DNA from: Syntrophales bacterium
GTDB taxonomy: Bacteria; Desulfobacterota; Syntrophia; Syntrophales; UBA2210
Direction: 5' to 3'
DNA: 64,000 nt
Assembly: GCA_963662405.2 (NCBI GenBank)
Contig: CAXXKT010000001.1
Coordinates: 352,001 to 416,000, forward strand
This document shows, piece after piece, positions 21,918-32,066 of the stretch. Both the position numbers and the translations under genes were made by a program. A model generated the notes under the pieces. The model did not search any database, was not told the origin of the DNA, and saw only the letters and a list, made by a program, of their open reading frames with translations. Each line of letters begins with the position of its first letter. The stretch's first letter is position 1.

Positions 21918-21963
21918 AGGGCTTGGTCCCTTGCCGGTTCACTGCCCCTCTCGGGGATAACGG

Positions 21964-22614
21964 TTACAGGTAGCGGGTGATATCCGGTGCCTTTTCGAGA
22001 ATCAGGTCCGCCCCCGCCTGATGCAGGGGGGCCGCCTCGGAGTATCCCGTAAGGACACCGACGGTATAGGCCCCCACCTCTTTCCCCGCACTGATATCCA
22101 TGGGGTGATCCCCGACCATCGCCGCGCATGCGGGCTCCGTCCCCAGAGAATCGAGTGCCGTCAGGAGATGGTCGGGATGCGGTTTTACCCGCGCGGTACC
22201 CTCCCGGGTAATGACGGCATCACAGCAGGAATCGATATCGGGAAACAGCTGCACCACAGCGCTCCTGCAATTTCGCGTCACGATCCCTGTCTTGATCTGC
22301 CGCCGTCTCAGTTCGCGAAGCAACGTTTCCGTGCCGGGGAGGAGAGCCCCTTCCCGCGCCCCCTCGCTCTCTATGGTACCGATCAGTTCATGAGCCCGGG
22401 CGAAGAACTGTTCCTCCCTCCCCGGACAGCGTTCGGAGATGAGAGTTTTTCCTGCCTCGATCATCTCGAGGACATACAACCCCTCGATCACCTCCGGCGG
22501 GACGCAGTAATCAGACATCAGATCCAGGACCGCCCGACGCATCCGGGCAAAATCGACATTCAACTCGGCCAGGGTACCATCGAAGTCGAACAGAACCGCC
22601 TTCAGGGACCTCAT
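21964..22614 (-). CDS. HAD-family hydrolase
   Basis: FDFDGTL, KPHP, VGDHPMD; ATGA overlap with upstream gene. Confidence 0.9.
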   Translation of the reverse strand: MRSLKAVLFDFDGTLAELNVDFARMRRAVLDLMSDYCVPPEVIEGLYVLEMIEAGKTLISERCPGREEQFFARAHELIGTIESEGAREGALLPGTETLLRELRRRQIKTGIVTRNCRSAVVQLFPDIDSCCDAVITREGTARVKPHPDHLLTALDSLGTEPACAAMVGDHPMDISAGKEVGAYTVGVLTGYSEAAPLHQAGADLILEKAPDITRYL

Positions 22615-23753
22615 GCACACTCCTTCAGGTACTTCTCGATCCTGTTGATCCCCTCATCGATCTTCTCCATCGAGGTCGCATAGGAAAACCGGACATACCC
22701 CTCACAGTTCTTCCCGAAATCGATCCCCGGGGTGACACCGACATGGGCCTTCTCCAAGATATCAAAGGCGGTCTCATATGAATTTGTCGAAAAGGCCTTG
22801 ATGTTCCCCAGGATGTAAAATGCCCCCGTCGGTTCCACCGTGATCCCGAGACCGATCTCGCGGAGACGGCGAATGATAAACTTTCTCCGCTCGTTGAAGA
22901 TGTTTCTCATCCGGACCACATCGTCCTCCGCTTCCCGGAGGGCGGCGATACCTCCCCACTGAGCAAAGGAGTTGGGAGAGATAAAGAAGTTTTGCTGCAT
23001 CTTCTGCATGGGGCGGATGTACTCCTTCGGCGCGATCAGATATCCCAGTCGCCATCCCGTCATAGCATACGCCTTGGAAAATCCGTTCAGGACAAAGGCG
23101 TTATCGGTAAATTCGAGGATGGTGTGCTCGTTATCTTCATAGACGAGTCCGTGGTATATCTCGTCCGAGATGACGGGGAGACCGTATGACGCGATCTGGG
23201 CCATCCGTTCGATACTGAGAAGATTCCCGGTCGGATTTGAGGGGGAATTTATCATGATTCCCCTGGTCCGGGGGGTAATTTTTTCTCTGATCCCTTCCGG
23301 TGTGTATTGAAATCCGTCTTCTTCAAAGACGTTGACACGGGCCGGGACTCCTTCGAGAAAGGTGATGAAATTCGGATAGCAGGCGTAGTGTGGGTCGGAT
23401 ATGATGATCTCGTCACCCCGTTCAATCAGCGCCGAGAAGAGGAGAAACATGGCGGGTGAGGTACCGGATGTGACGATGACCCGGTCCGGTGAGACCTCCA
23501 CACCGTATTTTGTGAAATAGTGCTCGCATATCGCCTCTCTCAGTTCCAGCAGACCGAGGCTGTGCGTATAGTGCGTCTTGCCGTCCTTGATCGCCCGGCG
23601 ACAGGCCTCATTGATGCATTCGGGCGTGTCAAAGTCCGGTTCGCCGACCTCCATATGGATGATATCCTTCCCGGACCGTTCCATTTCCTGGGCCTTTTCA
23701 AGGATATCCATAACGATAAATGGATTGATTTCTGATGCTCTCTTGGTGACCAT
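22611..23753 (-). CDS. PLP-dependent class I/II aminotransferase
   Basis: GEPDFDTP, NSPSNPTG, SDEIY, SKAYAMTGWRLG. Confidence 0.93.
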   Translation of the reverse strand: MVTKRASEINPFIVMDILEKAQEMERSGKDIIHMEVGEPDFDTPECINEACRRAIKDGKTHYTHSLGLLELREAICEHYFTKYGVEVSPDRVIVTSGTSPAMFLLFSALIERGDEIIISDPHYACYPNFITFLEGVPARVNVFEEDGFQYTPEGIREKITPRTRGIMINSPSNPTGNLLSIERMAQIASYGLPVISDEIYHGLVYEDNEHTILEFTDNAFVLNGFSKAYAMTGWRLGYLIAPKEYIRPMQKMQQNFFISPNSFAQWGGIAALREAEDDVVRMRNIFNERRKFIIRRLREIGLGITVEPTGAFYILGNIKAFSTNSYETAFDILEKAHVGVTPGIDFGKNCEGYVRFSYATSMEKIDEGINRIEKYLKECA

Positions 23754-23820
23754 AGCGTATTTCTTGTCCTTTAAATGTTTGAGATTCTACGGGGGACGTT
23801 ACTCGCCCGGCAGAATCTTG

Positions 23821-24648
23821 TCAAGGTGTTTGAGTTCTTCTGCCGTTCCCGGTCAGGTAATCGGGGCGGAGGGTCTTCGTAACCCGGTCTTCCCACCGAA
23901 TTTCCGGGGGCATAAAATCGAAGGCAATCTCAAGAAACGAGGTGATGATCCGGAGGGTAGCCCCCCAGAGGATCTCCTCTTCTCCCGTTTCTTCCCTGTG
24001 CACCAAGCAGGGAAAGTTTCCTCCCCCTTCCATCCCGCCATCCCGGTCTCCGTGGGGTGGAACGGAAAGGAGCCCGTAATTTTCCTCCTGATAAAAGGCG
24101 TCTACTGGTATCTCGACCAGTTTGTCCACCTCCCGGTTGGGGTGAAATACCCATCTCTTTTCGATGAGGCCCACTAGGGGAAAGATCGTCTTGGAAAACA
24201 TCAGGAGGTCGCTCGGGGGCAGTGGGCCGAGAAAGCGAAGGTTAAAAGGGCTGAGCCGTATTTCTTCCCACGATTCTCTGACGGCGTTGGCGAGAAACAG
24301 GGTGATGATATCGAAGGCGTCCTTTCCTCTCCGAAGGGCATGCCGTCGCGCATCCCCTTTCATGAGAGGAGGAACGCCATGGACAATGAAATATCGCAGG
24401 AATCGGTCCATCCACGGTTCCAGCTTTCCGCCCGGTCCGCTCAGGTCTCCGGACTGTGAGACGGCGTCCGATCTTTTGCTGAGAAGAAATGCCAGCTCTC
24501 CACCGGCCGACCGATCTTCTCTGAAAATGAGCGGTATCAAAACACCGGCCTCGAAGCCATTCTGTGCCCATCCGGCGTTTTTATCATAGACGATATCGGC
24601 TGTTCCCAACCTCTCTACGATATGTTGTATGATGGCATCTTTCCCCAT
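23821..24648 (-). CDS. Nudix hydrolase, CoA pyrophosphatase-like
   Basis: GPGGK...AVRESWEEIR (Nudix box with insertion), LWGAT. Confidence 0.75.
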   Translation of the reverse strand: MGKDAIIQHIVERLGTADIVYDKNAGWAQNGFEAGVLIPLIFREDRSAGGELAFLLSKRSDAVSQSGDLSGPGGKLEPWMDRFLRYFIVHGVPPLMKGDARRHALRRGKDAFDIITLFLANAVRESWEEIRLSPFNLRFLGPLPPSDLLMFSKTIFPLVGLIEKRWVFHPNREVDKLVEIPVDAFYQEENYGLLSVPPHGDRDGGMEGGGNFPCLVHREETGEEEILWGATLRIITSFLEIAFDFMPPEIRWEDRVTKTLRPDYLTGNGRRTQTP

Positions 24649-24728
24649 AAATCAACGCTCAGGATACAGGGTCACCTTGGAATACATGAAAACCGCAGGA
24701 TGATTCGTTCATGATCTGATTGCCCTGA

Positions 24729-25007
24729 CTACTCCCGGTCGCGATCCGTTTCCGGGGATTCCGACGAATCGCTCCTCGTATCACCACCAAGATAAAGAGG
24801 GGTCTTACACGAGGCACAGAGGGGAGAATCTTGGAGTCTGTCCTCCGGGATGCGGTTCTTGGTTCCGCAGTGCAGACACTGCACGATCAGTTCATCCAAA
24901 GGAAATCCGCATCTGCCGCAGACAGGCCGATCCTTCAATCGATCCCGAATGATACGATTCTTCTGCCCGCATCTGAGACAACGGACAACAAAGTAACTCC
25001 GAAGCAT
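24729..25007 (-). CDS. tandem zinc-ribbon protein (TrxC N-terminal-like domain x2)
   Basis: Two copies of CxxCGxKNRI...P.CxxC. Confidence 0.75.
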   Translation of the reverse strand: MLRSYFVVRCLRCGQKNRIIRDRLKDRPVCGRCGFPLDELIVQCLHCGTKNRIPEDRLQDSPLCASCKTPLYLGGDTRSDSSESPETDRDRE

Positions 25008-25066
25008 ATCGATTTACCTGTGTGACTGATGGTGAACGGGTCTTGCACACAATCCATCGGTCGTTT

Positions 25067-26053
25067 TTACTCTGGTATGGAGATCTTTATGGTACCACCT
25101 CTTCCCAATATATCATGAAGGTGGATATATCCATCAAGATGTCCATCTCCGTCAATCGTGGCCAGTGTGGTAATCTCATCCCGCTGCATAATCTCAACGG
25201 TATGCGCCAGAGAGGTTTCAGGATCGATGGTCTTCGGTCCCTTAGTCATGAGGTCATCCACGATCTTTTCCGAGAACACCACACCTGCTCTGATATGCCG
25301 GCGCAGATCACCGTCAGTGAGAATCCCCAGCAGGCGATTTTGAGGATCCGTTATGAATACGAAACCCAGATTTTTTTCGTCCATTGTTTCAATGGCCGCC
25401 GGTGCCGACATCCCACTGGGCACCATCGGTATGCCATCCCCCCCGATCATGACATCCTTGACCCGTGCCATCAGCCGCTGGCCGAGGTGTCCCCCGGGAT
25501 GAAATTTATAGAAATCCCTCTCGGTAAAATCCATTTTTTTGACGAGGGCAACCGCCAGTGCGTCCCCCATTGCCAGGGTGGCGGTTGTACTCGATGTCGG
25601 GGCCAAACCGAACGGGCATGCCTCTTTTTCAACGCCCACATCGATCGTGACGTCACTGCTTGCGGCAAGGGTCGAATGCATATTGCCCGTTAAGGAGATG
25701 ATGGCAAGACCGATACCTTTCACATTGGAAACCAAGGTAATCAGCTCATTAGTCTCCCCGCTGTTTGATATACAGAGCATGACATCATCCCTGGTCACAA
25801 TCCCGAGATCCCCGTGGAGTCCTTCAACGGGGTGGAGAAAAATGGCGGGAGTCCCCGTACTCGTCAGGGTCGCCGCAATCTTTTTTCCCACGAGTCCCGA
25901 CTTTCCGATACCGGTTATGATGACCCGTCCCTTCGCGCGATATATGATCCCCACTGCTTCTGAAAAACTGGGTCCGATCTTTTCGATCAGATTTGAGATG
26001 CTCTCCGCCTCTATTCTGAGGACTTCCTTTGCCTGTTGTATTGAGTCAGCCAT
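25067..26053 (-). CDS. kdsD: KpsF/GutQ arabinose-5-phosphate isomerase (SIS+CBS)
   Basis: GIGKSG, HGDLG, EACPFGLAPTSST, FHPGG. Confidence 0.9.
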   Translation of the reverse strand: MADSIQQAKEVLRIEAESISNLIEKIGPSFSEAVGIIYRAKGRVIITGIGKSGLVGKKIAATLTSTGTPAIFLHPVEGLHGDLGIVTRDDVMLCISNSGETNELITLVSNVKGIGLAIISLTGNMHSTLAASSDVTIDVGVEKEACPFGLAPTSSTTATLAMGDALAVALVKKMDFTERDFYKFHPGGHLGQRLMARVKDVMIGGDGIPMVPSGMSAPAAIETMDEKNLGFVFITDPQNRLLGILTDGDLRRHIRAGVVFSEKIVDDLMTKGPKTIDPETSLAHTVEIMQRDEITTLATIDGDGHLDGYIHLHDILGRGGTIKISIPE

Positions 26054-26195
26054 ATGAAATGGTATGCCATCCTTATCGCTCGGATATAATAAAACGGGCA
26101 CACTATATACCACCCACCCGATTACCTCAAGATACAAAAAGCAAGAGGATCGAGCCAGGCGCTTGTCACAGTGTGTGTTTCTGCAGAAAAAGGGA

Positions 26196-26885
26196 TTAGC
26201 GGATCACCACTGAAGATACCGATTTTTCCAATCGTTTCCTCATGTCATCGAAGGTATTGTCAGGCCAGGTTTTCCCCTTCATGTATGCGGGATCCAGGGT
26301 CTTCGAGGGGATGAAGCGTTGCAGGACATACCGGTTTGCTCCCCTGATCAGTGTTCCGATCCGTACCACGTCTTGCTCCGTCAGGAGCGACTGCACAATG
26401 GTTGTCCGGAATTCATAGTCGATACCGGCCTTCATGATCAGGTGGATGCTTTCTTCAATCTGCTCAGGCTTGACCGGCGAGGCAACAATTTCTTCATACT
26501 TCTCGAGGGGCGCCTTGACGTCCATGGCTATATAATCAACAATAGGCTTGTCGATTAGTTTCCGCAGGATGTCGGGACGCGATCCGTTGGTATCGATCTT
26601 GACCAGATACCCCAATCCCCGTACCCGCTCGACAAACGAAATCAAGCCTCGCTGCAGCAGGGGCTCTCCACCGGTGATGCTCACGGCATCGAGCTTTCCT
26701 CTTCGTTGCTCGAGAAAGGCCATGAGGGTACGCTCCGCCACACCCTTTCCGGACGGAAATGACTCAACAAGCTCGGGATTGTGGCAGTAGGGGCACCTGA
26801 AATTGCACCCCGGAGTAAAGATAATGGCACAGATCTTACCGGGATAATCGATCAGCGAAAACCTTTGGATATCAACAATCTTCAT
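26196..26885 (-). CDS. nrdG: anaerobic RNR activating radical SAM protein
   Basis: CNFRCPYCHN, TGGEP; directly follows nrdD. Confidence 0.9.
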   Translation of the reverse strand: MKIVDIQRFSLIDYPGKICAIIFTPGCNFRCPYCHNPELVESFPSGKGVAERTLMAFLEQRRGKLDAVSITGGEPLLQRGLISFVERVRGLGYLVKIDTNGSRPDILRKLIDKPIVDYIAMDVKAPLEKYEEIVASPVKPEQIEESIHLIMKAGIDYEFRTTIVQSLLTEQDVVRIGTLIRGANRYVLQRFIPSKTLDPAYMKGKTWPDNTFDDMRKRLEKSVSSVVIR

Positions 26886-26886
26886 C

Positions 26887-28980
26887 TTATACCCGGAACA
26901 GCTTTCTGGTATGGAACTCTTCCTGTTTTCCCTTGTTCCACTGTTTCACCGGGCGCAGGTACCCGACCACGCGCGAAAACACCTCGCAGGATTCACCACA
27001 GTCCGGGCATGTGTACTGTTCTCCCTTCAGATACCCGTGGCTCGGGCAAACACTGAAAGTGGGGGTGAAGGTAAAATAGGGAAGGTGGTACTTGTCGCAG
27101 ATCCTCCGGACCAGGAGTTTGACGGCGGCGGGGTCTTCGATCCGCTCTCCTGCATAGATGTGAAGGACCGTCCCCCCCGTATACCGAGTCTGAATTTCGT
27201 CCTGGAGGTCCAGGGCCTCGAAGATGTCATCGGTAAAGTTGACGGGAAGCTGTGTTGAATTGGTATAGAACACCTCAACCCCGTCCGCCCGCGTTCCGTT
27301 CCCGGTTGCGCAGATGATGTCGGGGTATTTCTCTTTGTCCTTCTTGGCGAGACTGTACGAGGCCCCCTCGGCCGGAGTCGCTTCAAGATTGTAGTTATTT
27401 CCCGTTTCCTCCTGGAATTCAACCAGCCGGTTTCGCATGAAATCGAGAATCTTCTTGGTAAACCCCTGTCCCTCCGGATGGGCGATATCCTTACCCATGA
27501 GGTTGAGGCACGCCTCGTTCATCCCCACAAGTCCGATGGTGGAAAAATGGTTCTTCCAGTATTCGCCGAAACGCTGCTTGACATCCCTCAGATAGTATTT
27601 GGTGTACGGATACAGATCCTTATCGGTAAAGCTCTCGAGGACCTTTCGCTTGGTCTCAAGACTTTCCCGGGCTATGACCATAAGATGGTCCACCCGTTCG
27701 ATAAATTCGTCTTCCGTCTTCGAAAGAAACCCGATGCGCGGCATATTGATGGTAATGACACCGATGGACCCCGTCAGGGGGTTCGAGCCGAAGAGGCCAC
27801 CTCCCCTCTTCTCGAGTTCCCGGTTATCGATCCGTAGCCTGCAGCACATGCTCCGGGAATCTTCAGGGTTCATGTCGGAGTTGACAAAATTCGAGAAATA
27901 AGGGACGCCGTACTTCGCCGTCATCTCCCACAGGCCATCGATATTGAGCTGATTATCCCAGTCGAAATCCTTCGTTATGTTGTACGTGGGAATCGGAAAG
28001 GTGAAAACACGCCCCTTGGCATCCCCTTCGGCCATCACCTGGAGAAAGGCTTTGTTAAAGATAGCCATTTCTTCCTGGAAGTCCTTGTATGTTTCTTCCT
28101 GCGGTTCTCCGCCGATGATAACCCCTTGGTCGGCATAGTATCGCGGCACCGTTACATCCAGGGTGACATTGGTAAAGGGAGTCTGGAACCCAACCCGTGT
28201 CGGGACGTTGATGTTGAAGATGAATTCCTGGAGGGCCTGCTTAACCTCTTTAAAGCCGAGGCCATCGTATCGTATAAAGGGGGCAAGGAGCGTATCGAAA
28301 TTCGAAAAGGCTTGGGCGCCCGCAGCCTCCCCCTGGAGGGTATAAAAGAAATTGACGATCTGCCCGAGGGCACTTCGCAGGTGTTTCGCGGGCTTACTCT
28401 CAACCTTTCCGGACGCACCCTTGAATCCCTGCGTGAGGAGGTCATACAGGTCCCACCCCACACAGTAAACCGAAAGGATGTTCAGGTCGTGGATATGGAA
28501 GTCACCATCCATCTGGGCTTTTTTGATCTCGTCGGTATATATCTTGTTCAGCCAGTATACCTTGCTCACCTCGGAGGAAAGATAGTTGTTGAGCCCCTGG
28601 AGAGAATAATCCATATTGCTATTTTCATTAACTTTCCAGTCGAGCTTCTTGAGATACTGGTCCACGAGATCGACCTCCATCTTATTGGCGATCTCTCGCA
28701 GTCTTGCATGCTGATCCCGATATATAATGTACGCCTTGGCCGTTTTGCGATACGCGGAATCAAGGAGCACCTCTTCGACGACATCCTGAATCTCCTCAAC
28801 GGACATGATCTTGCTGTCGAAGAGTTTTTCCACCAGGGTGAGTACCTTGATCGTCAGCCTCTTGGCCACATCCTCTTTGAAATCGCCGGTTGCCATTCCA
28901 GCCTTTGCGATCGCGGCCGTGATCTTTGTCGCGTCAAAACGGTCCAGGCGTCCGTCTCTCTTTCGGATTTTATTGTGCAC
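26887..28980 (-). CDS. nrdD: class III ribonucleoside-triphosphate reductase with ATP cone
   Basis: ATP cone, SMCCRL, EATPAE, glycyl motif SRVVGY. Confidence 0.95.
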   Translation of the reverse strand: MHNKIRKRDGRLDRFDATKITAAIAKAGMATGDFKEDVAKRLTIKVLTLVEKLFDSKIMSVEEIQDVVEEVLLDSAYRKTAKAYIIYRDQHARLREIANKMEVDLVDQYLKKLDWKVNENSNMDYSLQGLNNYLSSEVSKVYWLNKIYTDEIKKAQMDGDFHIHDLNILSVYCVGWDLYDLLTQGFKGASGKVESKPAKHLRSALGQIVNFFYTLQGEAAGAQAFSNFDTLLAPFIRYDGLGFKEVKQALQEFIFNINVPTRVGFQTPFTNVTLDVTVPRYYADQGVIIGGEPQEETYKDFQEEMAIFNKAFLQVMAEGDAKGRVFTFPIPTYNITKDFDWDNQLNIDGLWEMTAKYGVPYFSNFVNSDMNPEDSRSMCCRLRIDNRELEKRGGGLFGSNPLTGSIGVITINMPRIGFLSKTEDEFIERVDHLMVIARESLETKRKVLESFTDKDLYPYTKYYLRDVKQRFGEYWKNHFSTIGLVGMNEACLNLMGKDIAHPEGQGFTKKILDFMRNRLVEFQEETGNNYNLEATPAEGASYSLAKKDKEKYPDIICATGNGTRADGVEVFYTNSTQLPVNFTDDIFEALDLQDEIQTRYTGGTVLHIYAGERIEDPAAVKLLVRRICDKYHLPYFTFTPTFSVCPSHGYLKGEQYTCPDCGESCEVFSRVVGYLRPVKQWNKGKQEEFHTRKLFRV

Positions 28981-29005
28981 GGATTACTCCCCCTCTGTGA
29001 TATGG

Positions 29006-29054
29006 ACACAACATATTGTGGTCGAATAGTAGTACTAATACTACATGTCGTCAA
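29006..29054 (-). promoter_or_regulatory. nrdD promoter with tandem NrdR boxes
   Basis: ACACAACATATTGTGG 29006-29021 and ATACTACATGTCGTCA 29038-29053 (32 bp apart); TTGACG 29054-29049, 17 bp, TACTAT 29031-29026. Confidence 0.85.
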
Positions 29055-29255
29055 GAATAAATTTTTCGTAACGCGAGGCATTAGTGAAAAATGTTTTGAA
29101 AATAGAATACTTTTTCGCGCCAAAAAAATGGATGGTTCGGATGCGACTCCAAAGGCTGATGGTTCGCGGGTGGTCAACAGATCTAAAAAACTTGACTCAT
29201 TCCTATGGGTCGTACTAAGAGGTTTCTTACCACAATTGATCGAAGGAGAGAAGAG

Positions 29256-30566
29256 TTGATTCCACGGTATTCAAGAAACGTAATGACATATATCTGGAGC
29301 CCTGAAAACCGGTTCCAGAAATGGTTGGATATCGAGATCCTCGCCTGTGAGGCCCTCGCCGCCCAAGGAAAGATCCCGCCCGAATCGCTTCGCACCATCA
29401 AGGAGCGAGCCGGTTTCGATGTCCAGAGGATCGATGAGATCGAAGAGACGGTCAAGCATGACGTAATCGCCTTTCTCACCTCGGTTTCGGAAAAGGTGGG
29501 GGAAGAAGCGCGGTACATTCATATGGGGCTCACTTCTTCCGACATCCTGGACACTTCTCTTGCCGTTCTCCTGAAGGAGGCATCGGAACTCCTGATCGCG
29601 GATATAGATGATCTTCTGGTCGTGCTGAAAGAAAAGGCATGTGAATATAAGAACACCATCATGATCGGGAGGTCGCACGGAGTGCATGCGGAACCGATCA
29701 CCTTCGGTCTCAAGATGGCCCTTTGGTATCAGGAGATGGAACGGAACCGGGCCCGGCTGGTCAGTGCCCGGGAAACAATCAGCTATGGAAAGATAGCCGG
29801 GGCCGTCGGAACTTTCTCATTTATCGACCCCGCAGTCGAGGTATATGTGTGCGAACAGTTGGGACTGAAGCCCGCCCCCATATCGACGCAGATCGTCCAG
29901 CGCGATAGACATGCCGAATACTTCACCGCCCTTGCCATAACGGCCGCCTCCATTGAACAATTTTCAACGGAGATACGACACCTCCAACGAACAGAAGTCA
30001 GAGAGGCGGAGGAATTCTTCTCCCCCGGCCAGAAGGGGTCGTCGGCAATGCCTCACAAGCGAAACCCCGTTCTTTCGGAGAATCTCACCGGCCTCGCACG
30101 GCTGATGCGCTCTTATGCACTGGCGTCGATGGAGGATGTGGCACTCTGGCATGAACGGGATATCAGTCACTCTTCCGTCGAACGGGTTATTGGGCCCGAC
30201 GCGACCATACTCCTCGATTTCATGCTCAGTAGGTTTACCGGTGTTGTGAAAAATCTTCTGGTCTATCCGGAACGGATGCTGGAAAACCTCAACATGACCA
30301 GGGGACTGGTCTTTTCACAGATGATGTTGCTCAAGTGCGTTGAAAAGGGGATGTCGCGGGAGGATTCCTACGCGATCGTTCAGAGAAACGCGATGCGGTC
30401 GTGGCGTGACGGGCGGGACTTTAAAGAACTCCTTTTGGAAGACAAGCAGGTGATGGCAGTTGTAAGCAAAGAGGATCTCGACACGGTGTTCAGGCTGGAG
30501 AATTTTCTCCGCCACGTGGATTTTATCTTCGACAGGATCTTTGGAGGAGACAATGAAGGCGCCTAA
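29256..30566 (+). CDS. purB: adenylosuccinate lyase
   Basis: TTG start after AAGGAG; GSSAMPHKRNP signature. Confidence 0.95.
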   Translation: MIPRYSRNVMTYIWSPENRFQKWLDIEILACEALAAQGKIPPESLRTIKERAGFDVQRIDEIEETVKHDVIAFLTSVSEKVGEEARYIHMGLTSSDILDTSLAVLLKEASELLIADIDDLLVVLKEKACEYKNTIMIGRSHGVHAEPITFGLKMALWYQEMERNRARLVSARETISYGKIAGAVGTFSFIDPAVEVYVCEQLGLKPAPISTQIVQRDRHAEYFTALAITAASIEQFSTEIRHLQRTEVREAEEFFSPGQKGSSAMPHKRNPVLSENLTGLARLMRSYALASMEDVALWHERDISHSSVERVIGPDATILLDFMLSRFTGVVKNLLVYPERMLENLNMTRGLVFSQMMLLKCVEKGMSREDSYAIVQRNAMRSWRDGRDFKELLLEDKQVMAVVSKEDLDTVFRLENFLRHVDFIFDRIFGGDNEGA

Positions 30567-31182
30567 ATGGCTCGTTTTCTTTGTATTGCTTATAATGATG
30601 TCCGGGTGCAGCTACGTGGAGGAGTACCGGGACATCATCCGGAGTGACACCATCTCGAAGGAGTATTTCAATGTCCTGAATCGTCATACCCGGGGAAAAA
30701 CACTCTATGCCGAATTTGAGACCCGTGTCCGTATCGTGGCAACGTGGAAAACCCGCGCCTTCTCAGATGCGTATCTATCCGAATATGCAAGGCTTTATCT
30801 TCTCCCCGACAGGGACAAGAAGGAACGGCAAGCTGTTCTTTCCGAGGCATCTTCTGATTTCAACGAATTTCTGTTTTACGCATACACCCCCGACAGGGAA
30901 TCGAACGATTTTTCAAAGGCCGATTCCATCTGGAAAGTATTCTTCATAGGCGAAGGAGGCAAGAGATTGGATCCCTTGGAGATTCGAGAAATCAAGGCAA
31001 CTCCCCTCCTCACAAAGTTGTTCCCCTATGTCAAACCGTACGGGAAGTGTTACAGCGTAAAATTTCCTATGATATCGAAGTCGGATCGATCTAATATGGA
31101 AGATTATTCCAAACCGATTCTCATGTTTACCGGCATACTCGGGAAGGTGGAACTGAATTGGCACGGTGGTAAAAACCGGTAA
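30553..31182 (+). CDS. hypothetical lipoprotein
   Basis: Hydrophobic signal, MSGC lipobox, GGAGGAG RBS. Confidence 0.75.
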   Translation: MKAPKWLVFFVLLIMMSGCSYVEEYRDIIRSDTISKEYFNVLNRHTRGKTLYAEFETRVRIVATWKTRAFSDAYLSEYARLYLLPDRDKKERQAVLSEASSDFNEFLFYAYTPDRESNDFSKADSIWKVFFIGEGGKRLDPLEIREIKATPLLTKLFPYVKPYGKCYSVKFPMISKSDRSNMEDYSKPILMFTGILGKVELNWHGGKNR

Positions 31183-31535
31183 GACCCTTCCATTGGTTCC
31201 GGCTTCGTCAGCCTCTTCTTCTCCGGCCCTTGTTCATACGCACGCACATGGAGACGGGACCCCGATGAAGGGATGTTCTTGATGGAAGCAAAGGCCTTGC
31301 CATAGATGAATCCGTTCCTCCCAACGAGGTGAGTCGTCACCACTTCCACAGAGGGAATTCGCCCTCTTTCCCCTTGACGGGCACATTGATTTGTTGCAGA
31401 CTGAAGGTGCATAATTCAAGAGAATGGCGTTGTTCTCATCAAAACAGTTTTTTTCGCAAGGGTGACAGGAGTGATCGTTTGTGTGTGTCCGGGCGGACGG
31501 CAAGACTCCGGCTCCCCCGTGGTCTTTGTGTCTCT

Positions 31536-32066
31536 ATGAAACAGTTCCTCAGGACAAAAATATTCCTTAAATCTCACCGGAGCGAGATCCGTTTTGTCCT
31601 CCTCTTCATTATCTTCTTCATCGCTCTACAGATCGCTCATTACTCCATCCGGACCTTCACGTCTCCTCTCTTTGTTCATACACTCAACGCCGGGGTCAGT
31701 TCCCGGATCATCAATCTCATCACCCCCGGGGAAAACAGCTTTTCCCGGGACGACATGGTCGGTTCCGGCTCCTTTACCATCAGGATAGCACAGGGGTGCG
31801 AAGGGACGGAAGGGATCCTGCTGATCGTGGCGGCGCTCTGCGCCTTCAGCATCAGGATGCGGGAGAAAATAGCGGGCATCCTGGTGGGATCGGTGGTCCT
31901 GTATATGGCAAACCTTGTCAGGATCGTCGTCCTCTACTACACGTTGAAATACCGACCCGACCTGTTCGATCTGGCACATGTCTACATCGGACAGACCTTC
32001 ATCATATTCGTGGGCATTCTCTTTTTTATGGCGTGGATAACAAAATTTTCACGAATCGATGAGTGA
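31536..32066 (+). CDS. exosortase/archaeosortase-family protein (XrtH/XrtM-like)
   Basis: Multi-TM; catalytic Cys (GCEG), Arg (NLVRI), His (LAHVY). Confidence 0.8.
   Translation: MKQFLRTKIFLKSHRSEIRFVLLFIIFFIALQIAHYSIRTFTSPLFVHTLNAGVSSRIINLITPGENSFSRDDMVGSGSFTIRIAQGCEGTEGILLIVAALCAFSIRMREKIAGILVGSVVLYMANLVRIVVLYYTLKYRPDLFDLAHVYIGQTFIIFVGILFFMAWITKFSRIDE

Noticed and set aside
28126..29259. 377-aa plus-strand ORF
   Set aside because: Antisense to nrdD and crosses its promoter
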